DNA of 64,000 nucleotides from Candidatus Nomurabacteria bacterium (GTDB lineage Bacteria; Patescibacteriota; Patescibacteriia; HK-STAS-PATE-3): NCBI GenBank assembly GCA_023898465.1, contig CP060223.1, positions 1 to 64,000 of the forward strand, read 5' to 3'. Shown piece by piece: positions 29,210 to 38,177 of this stretch (position 1 is its first letter; each line of letters starts with the position of its first letter). The notes under the pieces were generated by a model. It saw only the letters and a program-made list of their open reading frames with translations, ran no database searches and was not told where the DNA came from. The position numbers and the translations under genes were made by a program.

Positions 29210-29858
29210 ACCCTTTGTTCCAGTAGCAGAACAGCCAAGACCTAACTATGAACAATCGTGGTTAGATCGCGCTGGTCTTGCAGATACTGACATTGGTCGC
29301 ATGATTCGCGAACGTATGCAGTATGAGGAGTCAGTCCGACAAATGCAGCGGGCACGTATGCTGATTCGAGAAACAGAAGTTCCTGAGCAGAGTGATCGAG
29401 AAGTGTATCAAGAAGTAATGGGACGTATCGTCGATGCTTTGGATGAGAGTGACACGGTAAAAGCAGCTCGGACCAAAGTAAAAGAAGAAGGCTATGTGGC
29501 ATTGACTGAGATTGAACGTGAGCAGCTGGTGAAGGTGTTTGAAAGAGCTCGCGATGAAGCGATCAGGTCAGTAGAGATGTCAGATGCGCAACGAAGCCGC
29601 ATTCGCTTCGCCGTACGCAGTGAGCTTAACTACTCCTTACGCGACCACATTATTCATGGCACTCCGGAAGTATGGATGATTTTGGACCCCAGTGCCCGAC
29701 CAGTTGATTTCATGGATAGCCGAGAGATTCTCCAGTACATTCGCAACTCCGGCGCGCCTAGTCGCGATGTGGATTTTGTGCGAGAAGAGGCTGAGAGTGA
29801 AGACGCGCCCGAGTCAGTGCGGCAAGCGGTGCGCGAGCTTGATCAACAAGCCGCTTAA
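29196..29858 (+). CDS. hypothetical protein (220 aa), translationally coupled to NYN gene
   Basis: 14-nt overlap with the upstream gene. Charged, helical composition. No known domain recognised. Confidence 0.5.
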   Translation: MAENRPFVPVAEQPRPNYEQSWLDRAGLADTDIGRMIRERMQYEESVRQMQRARMLIRETEVPEQSDREVYQEVMGRIVDALDESDTVKAARTKVKEEGYVALTEIEREQLVKVFERARDEAIRSVEMSDAQRSRIRFAVRSELNYSLRDHIIHGTPEVWMILDPSARPVDFMDSREILQYIRNSGAPSRDVDFVREEAESEDAPESVRQAVRELDQQAA

Positions 29859-29984
29859 TTGAGTTAATTATTCATTTTATTCACGGGATAGGTTGCTCGG
29901 TAGACATATAGACTGAGCATGGTGCAGACGCATTGGTGCTCATCTAGCGCCTGCTTAGCAGCTGTCCCATAAGAAAGGAAGTAT

Positions 29985-32252
29985 ATGAAGACATATACAC
30001 AAGAAATCGGGGGACGAACAATGACCATTAGTACCGGTAAGTTTGCCGGTCAGGCTAGCGGCTCATGTACCGTACGTTATGGTGACACGGTTGTGCTCGC
30101 CACCGCGGTGATGAGTTCACAAGTCCGTGATGGGATTGATTATTTCCCATTGATGGTCGATTACGAGGAGCGTCTCTACGCTGCTGGTAAAATTAAAGGC
30201 TCTCGCTTCATTAAGCGAGAAGGTCGACCTACAGACGAAGCAGTTCTTACCGCTCGTTTGATTGACCGATCGGTCCGACCGCTCTTCGATATGGCAGTTC
30301 GCAATGACGTCCAAGTTGTTGTGACCGTGCTTTCGGTTGATCAAGAGAACGATCCTGACGTACCGTCCATGATCGCCGCCTCAACTGCCTTAGCTATTTC
30401 ACCAATTCCGTGGAATGGTCCGATTGGCGGCATTCGCGTCGGTCGTGTTGAGGGTGAATGGGTGATTAACCCAAGCTACGAAGCGCGAGAAAAGAGCGAT
30501 CTCGACCTCTTTGTTTCTGGTACCCGCGAAAAGGTAGTTATGATTGAGGCCGGCGCCAATCAAGTATCAGAAGATGACATGCTTGCGGCGATTACCTTTG
30601 CCCAGAAGCACATGAATGAAACCCTGGGCTTGATCGAGCAGGTCGTGAAGGAAGAGGGTAAGACCAAGATCATGCCTGATACTGCTATAGAGAGTGAAGA
30701 AGACAAGCAGCGACGAGAAATGGTTGAACAAAAGGTTCGCTCCTTTATCTCCGATCGCCTGAAAGCTATTTGGAAGTTAAAGACGGAAGAAGAGCGTGAA
30801 GAAGAGCTAACCAAGTTGAAACTGGAACTCGATGAATTCTTGAAAGCTGATAATGATGTATCAAAGGAAGAGCGAGTTGCTGGTCTAAAAGTGCTCGAAG
30901 AAGAAATGGATAATGCATCTTCTCGCCTAGTACTTGAAGAAGGTCGTCGGGTTGATGGACGTGCTCTCGATGAATTACGTCCAATCTCCAGCGAAGTAAG
31001 TCTCTTACCTCGCACCCATGGCTCAGGACTCTTTGCTCGCGGTGAAACGCAGGTAATGTCTATTGTTACCCTAGGTTCTCCAGGAGATGAATTAGTCCTC
31101 GACACGATGGAGGAGAGCGGTAAGCGACGCTATATGCACCACTACAACTTCCCGGCCTTTTCGGTTGGTGAAGTAGCCCCTCTGCGCGGTCCAGGCCGTC
31201 GAGAGATTGGACATGGTGCTTTAGCTGAAAAAGCGCTTATCCCGGTGCTTCCAGATAAAGAAGACTTCCCATACACCATTCGCGTGGTGTCAGAAGTGCT
31301 TTCCTCAAACGGATCAACTTCCCAGGCCTCAGCTTGCGGATCCAGCTTAGCGTTGATGGATGCCGGTGTGCCGATTAAAGCCCCGGTCGCTGGTATTGCC
31401 ATGGGTCTCATCATGAATGAGGACACTGGTGAGTATAAAGTGTTGACCGATATTCAGGGCATTGAAGACCATGCCGGTGGTATGGACTTCAAAGTAGCTG
31501 GTACGACTAGTGGTATTACCGCTATTCAGCTGGACATTAAAGTATCAGGCTTGAGTTTAGAAATCTGTAAGGAAGCTTTAGCTGGTGCTCGTAAAGCACG
31601 AATGCAGATTTTGGAAACCATGTTGGCAGCTATTCCATCACCACGCACTGAGTTGTCACCATTTGCTCCTCGCATTTACACCTTGCGCATTGACCCCGAG
31701 CAGATTCGCGAAGTCATTGGCCGAGGCGGTGAGACTATCAATGCCATCATTGAAGAATGCGGTGGTCGTGACATTACCAAGATTGATATTGAAGAAGATG
31801 GTCTGGTCATGATTACATCCACCAAATCTGAAATGGGTGAGAAGGCACTCAACTGGATTAAGAACATGACACGTGAAGTTCAGGTCGGTGAAATCTTTGA
31901 CGGTAAAGTCACTCAGATTATGTCTGATCGCATGAGCGGACAAGAAATCGGCGCTATCGTCGAGCTCCTTCCAGGTAAAGATGGAATGGTGCACATCTCT
32001 GAATTCTCTAATGAGCGAATTGCACGTGTCAGTGATGTCGTGCAGGTCGGTCAAGATCTGAAAGTGAAAGTGGTTTCGGTTGATAAGGAGCGAGGTCGCA
32101 TCGGCTTGTCAGTGAAGGCATTGACCGAAGCGCCAGGTGAACGAGAAAACCGTCCACCACATCACAGCCGTCCACATGGTCAGGGTCATCGTGGTCAGGG
32201 TCGCTTCAATAACGACAACCGTCGACCCTTCCATCGTCGCGATCACAACTAG
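29985..32252 (+). CDS. pnp: polyribonucleotide nucleotidyltransferase (PNPase) with basic C-terminal tail
   Basis: Two RNase PH domains, then KH and S1 domains. RBS AGGAAG. Confidence 0.9.
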   Translation: MKTYTQEIGGRTMTISTGKFAGQASGSCTVRYGDTVVLATAVMSSQVRDGIDYFPLMVDYEERLYAAGKIKGSRFIKREGRPTDEAVLTARLIDRSVRPLFDMAVRNDVQVVVTVLSVDQENDPDVPSMIAASTALAISPIPWNGPIGGIRVGRVEGEWVINPSYEAREKSDLDLFVSGTREKVVMIEAGANQVSEDDMLAAITFAQKHMNETLGLIEQVVKEEGKTKIMPDTAIESEEDKQRREMVEQKVRSFISDRLKAIWKLKTEEEREEELTKLKLELDEFLKADNDVSKEERVAGLKVLEEEMDNASSRLVLEEGRRVDGRALDELRPISSEVSLLPRTHGSGLFARGETQVMSIVTLGSPGDELVLDTMEESGKRRYMHHYNFPAFSVGEVAPLRGPGRREIGHGALAEKALIPVLPDKEDFPYTIRVVSEVLSSNGSTSQASACGSSLALMDAGVPIKAPVAGIAMGLIMNEDTGEYKVLTDIQGIEDHAGGMDFKVAGTTSGITAIQLDIKVSGLSLEICKEALAGARKARMQILETMLAAIPSPRTELSPFAPRIYTLRIDPEQIREVIGRGGETINAIIEECGGRDITKIDIEEDGLVMITSTKSEMGEKALNWIKNMTREVQVGEIFDGKVTQIMSDRMSGQEIGAIVELLPGKDGMVHISEFSNERIARVSDVVQVGQDLKVKVVSVDKERGRIGLSVKALTEAPGERENRPPHHSRPHGQGHRGQGRFNNDNRRPFHRRDHN

Positions 32253-32258
32253 CGCACG

Positions 32259-32831
32259 ATGATAATCTCGATCTCAGGAAAGCCAGGCTCTGGGAAAAGC
32301 TCAGTTGCAAAGGCGATTGCTCAGGAGCTTGGCATCGAGCGATACTACATGGGAAAACTTTGGCGCGAGAAATCTCGCGCCAAAGGCTTGACCCTACTCG
32401 AGGGAGAGATTCAGGGTGAGTCTGATAAAACTATTGATAATGAGATTGATGAGTATCAGCGAGAACTTGGTCAGACCAAAGATAATTTTGTGATTGAGGG
32501 GAGGACCTCGTTTTATTTTATTCCACACTCGTTTAAAATTTATCTCGACGTTGATCTTAGCGAGGGTGCCAAGCGTATTTGGAGCGATGTGCAAAAAAAT
32601 CCGCATGAGCGGAATGAGGATCGTGATCTTGATAGTCTAGAAAAGGTAGAGCAAAGCAATGCGAGACGGATTAAGAGTTATGCGCTTCGATACAAGAAGT
32701 TCTACGGCATTGAGAATATTGATGACCCTAAGCACTACGATTATTATCTCGACACCACAGGTCTGAGCTTTGCTGAAGTGAAAGAAGCAGTCTTCCAGGC
32801 CATCCGACAGGCGAGTGGGGACAAGTCATAA
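32259..32831 (+). CDS. cytidylate kinase-like (AAA-type CMP kinase)
   Basis: P-loop ISISGKPGSGKSS. Size and pattern match archaeal-type CMP kinase. Confidence 0.6.
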   Translation: MIISISGKPGSGKSSVAKAIAQELGIERYYMGKLWREKSRAKGLTLLEGEIQGESDKTIDNEIDEYQRELGQTKDNFVIEGRTSFYFIPHSFKIYLDVDLSEGAKRIWSDVQKNPHERNEDRDLDSLEKVEQSNARRIKSYALRYKKFYGIENIDDPKHYDYYLDTTGLSFAEVKEAVFQAIRQASGDKS

Positions 32832-32909
32832 AGTAGGACTTATCCGCATTTCATCCGCAGAAAAAGAAAAGCGCTGACTTTAGCGAAAAAGAGAAGAGAC
32901 TTGTAAACG

Positions 32910-32938
32910 TTGACAAGTGTCTTTTTCTGTGCTATACT
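32910..32938 (+). promoter_or_regulatory. consensus sigma70 promoter (TTGACA-17-TATACT)
   Basis: Perfect -35 hexamer and a near-perfect -10 at 17-nt spacing. No ORF follows it. Confidence 0.5.
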
Positions 32939-32944
32939 CCTCTT

Positions 32945-33300
32945 GTAACGTACTTTTTAGACCACTTTATACCTCGAACAGTCAAGAAATTTGGCCGATT
33001 GCAAGCCAGGCGACCAGACTTCTCGACTATTCGTCAAAGGACATCCTAGGTCCTGTTTGAAAAGGATATAAAAACAAAAAGGTATACCCTAACGCCGCTG
33101 GTGTCGGGGACATACCAGAAGAGTGGTCGAGTACAAGCTCTCTACACAAACTAGGAAAGTAGTCAGCACATACGATCTTAGTGAAGATCGTCATCACTGC
33201 CCTATGGGCGGTAGATAACGTCCCGAGATCGTACGAAAGGGCCTCCGCCCATTCAACACTACGAATCGGGGCCGAGAGGCCTTTTTCTTTTCCCAAAAAA
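32945..33300 (+). ncRNA. candidate ncRNA of about 350 nt (identity unknown)
   Basis: It lies between the consensus promoter and the hairpin ggggccgagaggcc plus tttttctttt. No plus-strand ORF of meaningful length. Several internal inverted repeats. Confidence 0.3.
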
Positions 33301-33386
33301 GTTTGTAGCATTACGCTTGTCTTTTACGGGGAGCTAGAATAATATGGCTATGTGGCGATCAAAAAGGTGATCGCTATTTTTCATAG

Positions 33387-33932
33387 GAACTCACAAAAAG
33401 AATATATCTTCCCGAGGCAGTTTATTTTGTTACTACAGTAACAAAATTCCGTGAACCTTTCTTTTTAGATAACTCCCTTGCTCGATTATTTATTGAGCAG
33501 TTATATATTGCGAAGAAGCTAAAAGAATTCAAATTATACGCTTATGTAATAATGCCAGATCATGTACATATTTTGATTGAGCCAGGAGTACGCTATTCAA
33601 TTTCAAAAAGTATGTTTACGATAAAGAAGCAATTCGCACATGAGGCTAACCGTATGCTGGGTTGGAATGACAAGAGAATAATAAATTTCTCCTCCGCAGG
33701 CGAACAAACGTTTGTTCGCCTGCGGGAGTTTGTAAATTTACATCATCCTAGCTATGGGCAGAAATTTCATTGGCAAAAATCCTTCCATGATCACGTCATC
33801 CGTGACCAAAGGGATTTCAATCACCACGTGAATTATCTACACCTCAACCCGGTGAAAGATGGATTGGTGAAGAAACCCGAAGACTGGCCTTATTCATGCT
33901 ATGACGCTTTTTTGAAAGGCGATTTACTTTGA
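33387..33932 (+). pseudogene. IS200/RAYT-type (Y1 HuH) transposase, N-terminal start lost
   Basis: Translation ...KRIYLPEAVYFVTTVT...FKLYAYVIMPDHVHILIEP...NYLHLNPVKDGLV matches the family. The in-frame stop TAG at 33384-33386 precedes the conserved N-terminus with no start codon. An out-of-frame ATG at 33344 (MAMWRSKR stop) suggests a frameshifted start. Confidence 0.65.
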
Positions 33933-33953
33933 TTGATGCCATTCCTCAATAAG

Positions 33954-33985
33954 CACAAAAACATCCTTACCTGGTGAGCGCAGAG
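33954..33985. repeat. 32-bp direct repeat copy 1 (tRNA-Lys 3-prime end plus flank) within pseudo-tRNA debris
   Basis: acaaaaacatccttacctggtgagcgcagagg is identical to 34267-34298. The region 33986-34150 also contains a second tRNA-Lys fragment (cccccaacccgttgcttaag at 34122-34141). Confidence 0.7.
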
Positions 33986-34266
33986 GCCTGCCCGCCGACT
34001 GGCGGGGACTCGAGTCCGGGGTCAAGTGATTCCTCATAAATTCGGAATAACACTTGACCCGTCTCCGCAGTGCGTGACTGCAGCAGTGCAGTCACTTTCG
34101 TCTATCGACGAAACTGCTCTGACCCCCCAACCCGTTGCTTAAGGTTTGAGCGGCATCCTGAGGAATCTCAGGATAGCAAGCAAACTGTTTTGCTTGCGGC
34201 CGCGAAAACGGGCAAGGGTTGCGAACAGAGTGAGCCTCCTTGCCCAGTTAGCAACTGTGTTACGGA

Positions 34267-34298
34267 AACAAAAACATCCTTACCTGGTGAGCGCAGAG
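34267..34298. repeat. 32-bp direct repeat copy 2 (overlaps 3-prime end of intact tRNA-Lys)
   Basis: Exact match to 33954-33985. Confidence 0.7.
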
Positions 34299-34359
34299 GG
34301 ACTCGAACCCCCAACCCGTTGCTTAAGAGGCAACTGCTCTACCATTGAGCTATGCGCCC
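34285..34359 (-). tRNA. tRNA-Lys (anticodon CTT)
   Basis: Reverse complement GGGCGCA TA GCTCAATGGTAGAGC A GTTGC CTCTTAA GCAAC ... GGGGGTTCGAGTCCCTC TGCGCTC A CCA. Confidence 0.8.
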
Positions 34360-34441
34360 CCAGGTAAGAATGTTTTCTCGAAAATTTTTAGAACGTAGGC
34401 AGGATACTGTGTTTTCCGATTCTATGCAAGTCCTACGCCTT

Positions 34442-34518
34442 TGGTGCGGCCGGAGGGATTCGAACCCCCGACCTACTGGTCCGAAGCCAGTCGCTCTATC
34501 CAACTGAGCTACGGCCGC
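34442..34518 (-). tRNA. tRNA-Arg (anticodon TCG)
   Basis: Reverse complement GCGGCCG TA GCTCAGTTGGATAGAGC G ACTGG CTTCGGA CCAGT ... TTCGAAT ... CGGCCGC A CCA. Confidence 0.8.
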
Positions 34519-34593
34519 ACCAGAGACGCGGGAAATATGTTATTTGGATGACTAGGCTCGTCACCCTAGCATGGGCTATATGTTTAGACAAGC

Positions 34594-34995
34594 TTAGACT
34601 GACGGCGGCGTTGGGGGAGTAATCTCGCCACTTTCGACAGCTTCATTGCTTGGCTGAGGTGCTGCAGGTGTATGTGACTCATCTTGCACATCATCTAATG
34701 ATGGATGTGCATGCGTTGCTTGTTTCAATGAATCTTTTAGATTCTTTCCTGCCTTGAATTTTGGCACGGTGACTGTTGGGATTTGAATACGCTCAGAAGG
34801 GTTTTGTGGATTCACGCCACCTCGTGCTTCGCGTACACGAGCGCTAAAGGTGCCAAAGCCAGTTAAGGTAACTTCGTCATTTTTTTGCAGCGTTTCAATC
34901 GTAATACCTTCAAATGCATCAAGTACTTCCTCCACCTGTTTTTTTGACAGGCCGACTTTTTGGGCGATTTGTTCTGACAATTCTGCTTTGTTCAT
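34594..34995 (-). CDS. HU family DNA-binding protein with C-terminal extension
   Basis: MNKAELSEQIAQKVGLSKKQVEEVLDAFEGITIETL...GFGTFSARVREARGGVNPQN matches the HU fold. There is an Ala/Pro-rich acidic tail. Confidence 0.8.
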   Translation of the reverse strand: MNKAELSEQIAQKVGLSKKQVEEVLDAFEGITIETLQKNDEVTLTGFGTFSARVREARGGVNPQNPSERIQIPTVTVPKFKAGKNLKDSLKQATHAHPSLDDVQDESHTPAAPQPSNEAVESGEITPPTPPSV

Positions 34996-35036
34996 ATATT
35001 CACCTTTTTGGTCAATGATGAAGGAAGTGACAAATA

Positions 35037-35867
35037 TTATACTTCGGTGTGACTGCGGACATGCTCTATGTGTACTGCCTTACCTGTACTCGGATCAATT
35101 CGCAGTACGGTTGCGTCCACAACCGCTGGACCATGCTCAGGGAAGGTGTGTTCTCCAGGCATTTGTGTGAGCATCCTTTGAATAATAACATCTTTATCAA
35201 CGCCAATAACAGAATCGCGCGCTCCGCTCATACCAAGGTCGGAGATAAAAGCAGTACCACCAGGCATAATCCAAGCATCAGCCGTCGGTACGTGTGTGTG
35301 GGTTCCTAGCACCGCGCTGACTCGTCCATTGAGATACCACCCAATAGCAGCTTTTTCGCTCGTAACCTCTCCGTGAAAGTCGACGATAGTGCCGGCTATA
35401 TTTTTTTCCCTTGCATGCTGCTGTAAGATTTCATCAACAGTGCGTAAAGGATCGCTCACCTGCTCTTGCATGAAGGCTTGTCCTTGTACATTAATCACGA
35501 GGAGTTGCTTAGCACCAATTGGGAAGAGGCGAGCACCTAGACCAGGAGAAGTGGCTGGATAATTTGCCGGACGTATGAGCGGTACGCTGTCATCTTGCAT
35601 GATGGTGAAAACCTCAGGCTTCTTCCAGATGTGATTACCCGAGGTGAAGCAATCAATACCTAGGGCAGTTAACTCATTTAAGGTAGAGCGAGTGACGCCT
35701 TTACCGTGCGCCAGATTCTCAACATTTGCCAGCATGAAATCAGGCTGGAAGCGTTCCTTTAATTCAGGCATGACTTTTGCCAGCGCTCGACGGCCAATCT
35801 TTGCCACCACATCGCCAAAGGCGAGTATGGTGATGAGATTCTCAGGTGTGGCCTTCTTAGCGGGCAT
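35037..35867 (-). CDS. YmdB-like metallophosphoesterase (TIGR00282 family)
   Basis: ILAFGDVV...NVENLAHGKG...TSGNHIW...DFHGEVTSEK...GTHTHVPTAD motifs. It overlaps the rny stop, in the usual rny-ymdB arrangement. The alternative start at 35888 is in the track. Confidence 0.75.
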   Translation of the reverse strand: MPAKKATPENLITILAFGDVVAKIGRRALAKVMPELKERFQPDFMLANVENLAHGKGVTRSTLNELTALGIDCFTSGNHIWKKPEVFTIMQDDSVPLIRPANYPATSPGLGARLFPIGAKQLLVINVQGQAFMQEQVSDPLRTVDEILQQHAREKNIAGTIVDFHGEVTSEKAAIGWYLNGRVSAVLGTHTHVPTADAWIMPGGTAFISDLGMSGARDSVIGVDKDVIIQRMLTQMPGEHTFPEHGPAVVDATVLRIDPSTGKAVHIEHVRSHTEV

Positions 35868-37386
35868 AGGTGATGATGCGCTTTTCACGAAGCATATTGA
35901 CTTTGATTTCGCCCGGGTAGTTCAGATCGGTTTCAATCTTCTTCGCAATATTACGGGCAAGCTGCGTCGCACCATAGTCGTCAATTTTATCCGGATTCAC
36001 AAAGATGCGCACTTCACGGCCAGCCTGGATAGCAAAAGCTTTTTCTACACCATCAAAGGACGTAACCACATCTTCAAGCTCTTGCAAGCGGGTGACATAT
36101 TGTTCATAGGTGTCTTTACGAGCACCTGGACGAGCACCCGAGATTGCATCAGCCACTTTTACAATCGCACCCTCGAGGGTCTGTGGATTGTCTTCATGGT
36201 GAGCATGAGCAATATAGGCCACCTCTTCTGGCAGGCCGAATTTCTTCATGATGTCATATCCAATCTGCATGTGCGTGCCTTGGATTTCATGGTCGAGGGC
36301 CTTACCAATGTCGTGAAGCAAACCACCTTTTTTGGCAAAGCTGACATTGGCGCCGAGCTCAGCTGCCAAAACTCCAGCTAAGAGGGAAACCTCAATAGAG
36401 TGTCGGAGCACATTTTGTCCGTAGCTCGTGCGGTATTTTAAACGGCCAAGCAATTGGATGAGTTTTGGATCAAGGCCGGCCACGCCAACTTCATAGGCAG
36501 CTTCTTCACCAGCTTTTTGAATATCATTTGCCAGATCCTTCTTTGCTTGTTCGACTGCATCTTCGATCTTACTCGGATGAATACGACCATCCTGGATAAG
36601 CTTCTCTAATGCTCGCTTGGCAACATGTCGTCGGATAGGATTGAAGCCGGAGATCACAATTGACTCAGGAGTTTCGTCAACAATAATTTCCACTCCAGTT
36701 AATTGTTCAATCGTTTTAATGTTGCGACCTTCTCGACCGATGATGCGGCCTTTCATTTCATCGCTTGGTAGGTTAAGCACCGTCGTGGTCGTTTCAGCTA
36801 CGTGTGAAGACGCAACACGCTGTAGCACCGTGCTGAGGATTTGCTTAGCTTCTCGCTCCCAGGATTCCTGACTAATGTTCTGCAGTTTGCGAATACGGAG
36901 GAGGAGATCCTCTTTCATATTGTCTTCAAGATTGCGAAGCAGTACTTCGCGTCCTTCATCCTTTGTAAGCTCAGCGATTTTTTCCAGCTTCTCAATTTGC
37001 TTGCCGCGAATTTGCGTCAACTCTTCTCGAAGCGTTTTGATTTGTTCAGCCTTCTTCGTAAGTTCACTTTGTCGATTCTCAATATCAAGCAACTTTTGAT
37101 CAAAAGTTGCCTCGCGTCGTTCTAAGCGCTGTTGCGATTGCTGCAGTTCCTGACGTCGCGTGTTTTCTTCACGCTTCGCTTCGTCTAAGAGCTTAATAGC
37201 TCGGTCTTTTGCTTCGACCAGGAGCTCGCGCTGTTTGGTCTTTGCTTCTTCGAGAATCAGAGTGGCCTTGGCATCTGCCGACTCAGCTTCTTTACTGGCC
37301 CATGTTTTTCGCAGGTAATAGCCTGCAACAATTCCTCCTGGTATGCCAACGATCAGGAGTAAAATCCAAATAAGATTGTCGATCAT
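35857..37386 (-). CDS. rny: ribonuclease Y
   Basis: N-terminal TM segment, a coiled coil, a KH domain and an HD domain (HSIEVS...LLHDIGK). The ATG at 37386 is preferred over the longer track ORF. Confidence 0.9.
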   Translation of the reverse strand: MIDNLIWILLLIVGIPGGIVAGYYLRKTWASKEAESADAKATLILEEAKTKQRELLVEAKDRAIKLLDEAKREENTRRQELQQSQQRLERREATFDQKLLDIENRQSELTKKAEQIKTLREELTQIRGKQIEKLEKIAELTKDEGREVLLRNLEDNMKEDLLLRIRKLQNISQESWEREAKQILSTVLQRVASSHVAETTTTVLNLPSDEMKGRIIGREGRNIKTIEQLTGVEIIVDETPESIVISGFNPIRRHVAKRALEKLIQDGRIHPSKIEDAVEQAKKDLANDIQKAGEEAAYEVGVAGLDPKLIQLLGRLKYRTSYGQNVLRHSIEVSLLAGVLAAELGANVSFAKKGGLLHDIGKALDHEIQGTHMQIGYDIMKKFGLPEEVAYIAHAHHEDNPQTLEGAIVKVADAISGARPGARKDTYEQYVTRLQELEDVVTSFDGVEKAFAIQAGREVRIFVNPDKIDDYGATQLARNIAKKIETDLNYPGEIKVNMLREKRIITYAR

Positions 37387-37549
37387 AGTTTTTGTGCATT
37401 GTGCATCAATAACGAGATAAAAGTGCCAGCCCACCGTACCACAGAAGCTATTTTTTCGCAAGTCTTAGCCTTTTTCCTGTGTATTTACATTCGGTTGTCA
37501 AAATAAAAATGGCATATACGTCCTGTATCGCCACTTTTATTTTTAGTTA

Positions 37550-38143
37550 CTACTCGATGATCTTATCGATCAAGCCGTACTTTTTGGCTTCATCGGATGT
37601 CATGAAGTAGTCGCGGTCTGAATCCTTTTCGATCTTGGCTAGTGGTTGACCAGTGTGTTTCGATAGAATTCGATTCATACGATCGTGAATCTTCAAAATA
37701 TGTTCAGCCCGGACGCGGATATCTGCCGCTTGTCCTTCGAAGCCACCCATGACCTGGTGGATCATAATTTCAGAATTAGGAAGCGCAAACCGCTTACCTT
37801 TTTCACCGGCGGCGAGAAGTGTGGCTGCCATTGATGCGGCCATGCCGACGCAGATAGTTACCACATCAGGTTCGACCAGCTGCATAGTATCGTAAATGGC
37901 CATCCCGGCAGTGACTGATCCACCTGGCGAGTTGATATAGAGCTTAATATCCTTTTCCTTATCCTCGCTGGCGAGAAACAGTAACTGGGCGATTATGGTG
38001 TTTGCGGTAATATCATCAATCGGGAAGCCGACGAAGATGATGCGTTCTTTCAGGAGTCGAGAATAGATGTCGTAGGCGCGTTCGCCGTAGTTCGACTTCT
38101 CGATAACCATTGGGATGAGTTGATTGCGGGTTGGTGTGTCCAT
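37550..38143 (-). CDS. clpP: ATP-dependent Clp protease proteolytic subunit
   Basis: Ser-His-Asp triad context ([14 protein letters not shown]). 197 aa. Confidence 0.9.
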   Translation of the reverse strand: MDTPTRNQLIPMVIEKSNYGERAYDIYSRLLKERIIFVGFPIDDITANTIIAQLLFLASEDKEKDIKLYINSPGGSVTAGMAIYDTMQLVEPDVVTICVGMAASMAATLLAAGEKGKRFALPNSEIMIHQVMGGFEGQAADIRVRAEHILKIHDRMNRILSKHTGQPLAKIEKDSDRDYFMTSDEAKKYGLIDKIIE

Positions 38144-38177
38144 AGTATTTGGAGTATAGCAAATGAGTTTTTACTGG

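Noticed and set aside
32945-33300. RNase P RNA as the identity of the promoter-driven ORF-free RNA (also considered for 2350-2980)
   Set aside because: Only a partial AGGAAAGU match. The conserved GGUAAGAGCGCACC / ACAGAACCCGGCUUA P4 and P10-12 elements are not visible on either strand.
33552-33932. Taking the ATG at 33552 (track ORF start) as the transposase start
   Set aside because: The conserved Y1-transposase N-terminal region continues in-frame for 55 codons upstream of that ATG to a TAG at 33384. The 33552 start would delete part of the catalytic core, so it was called a pseudogene instead.
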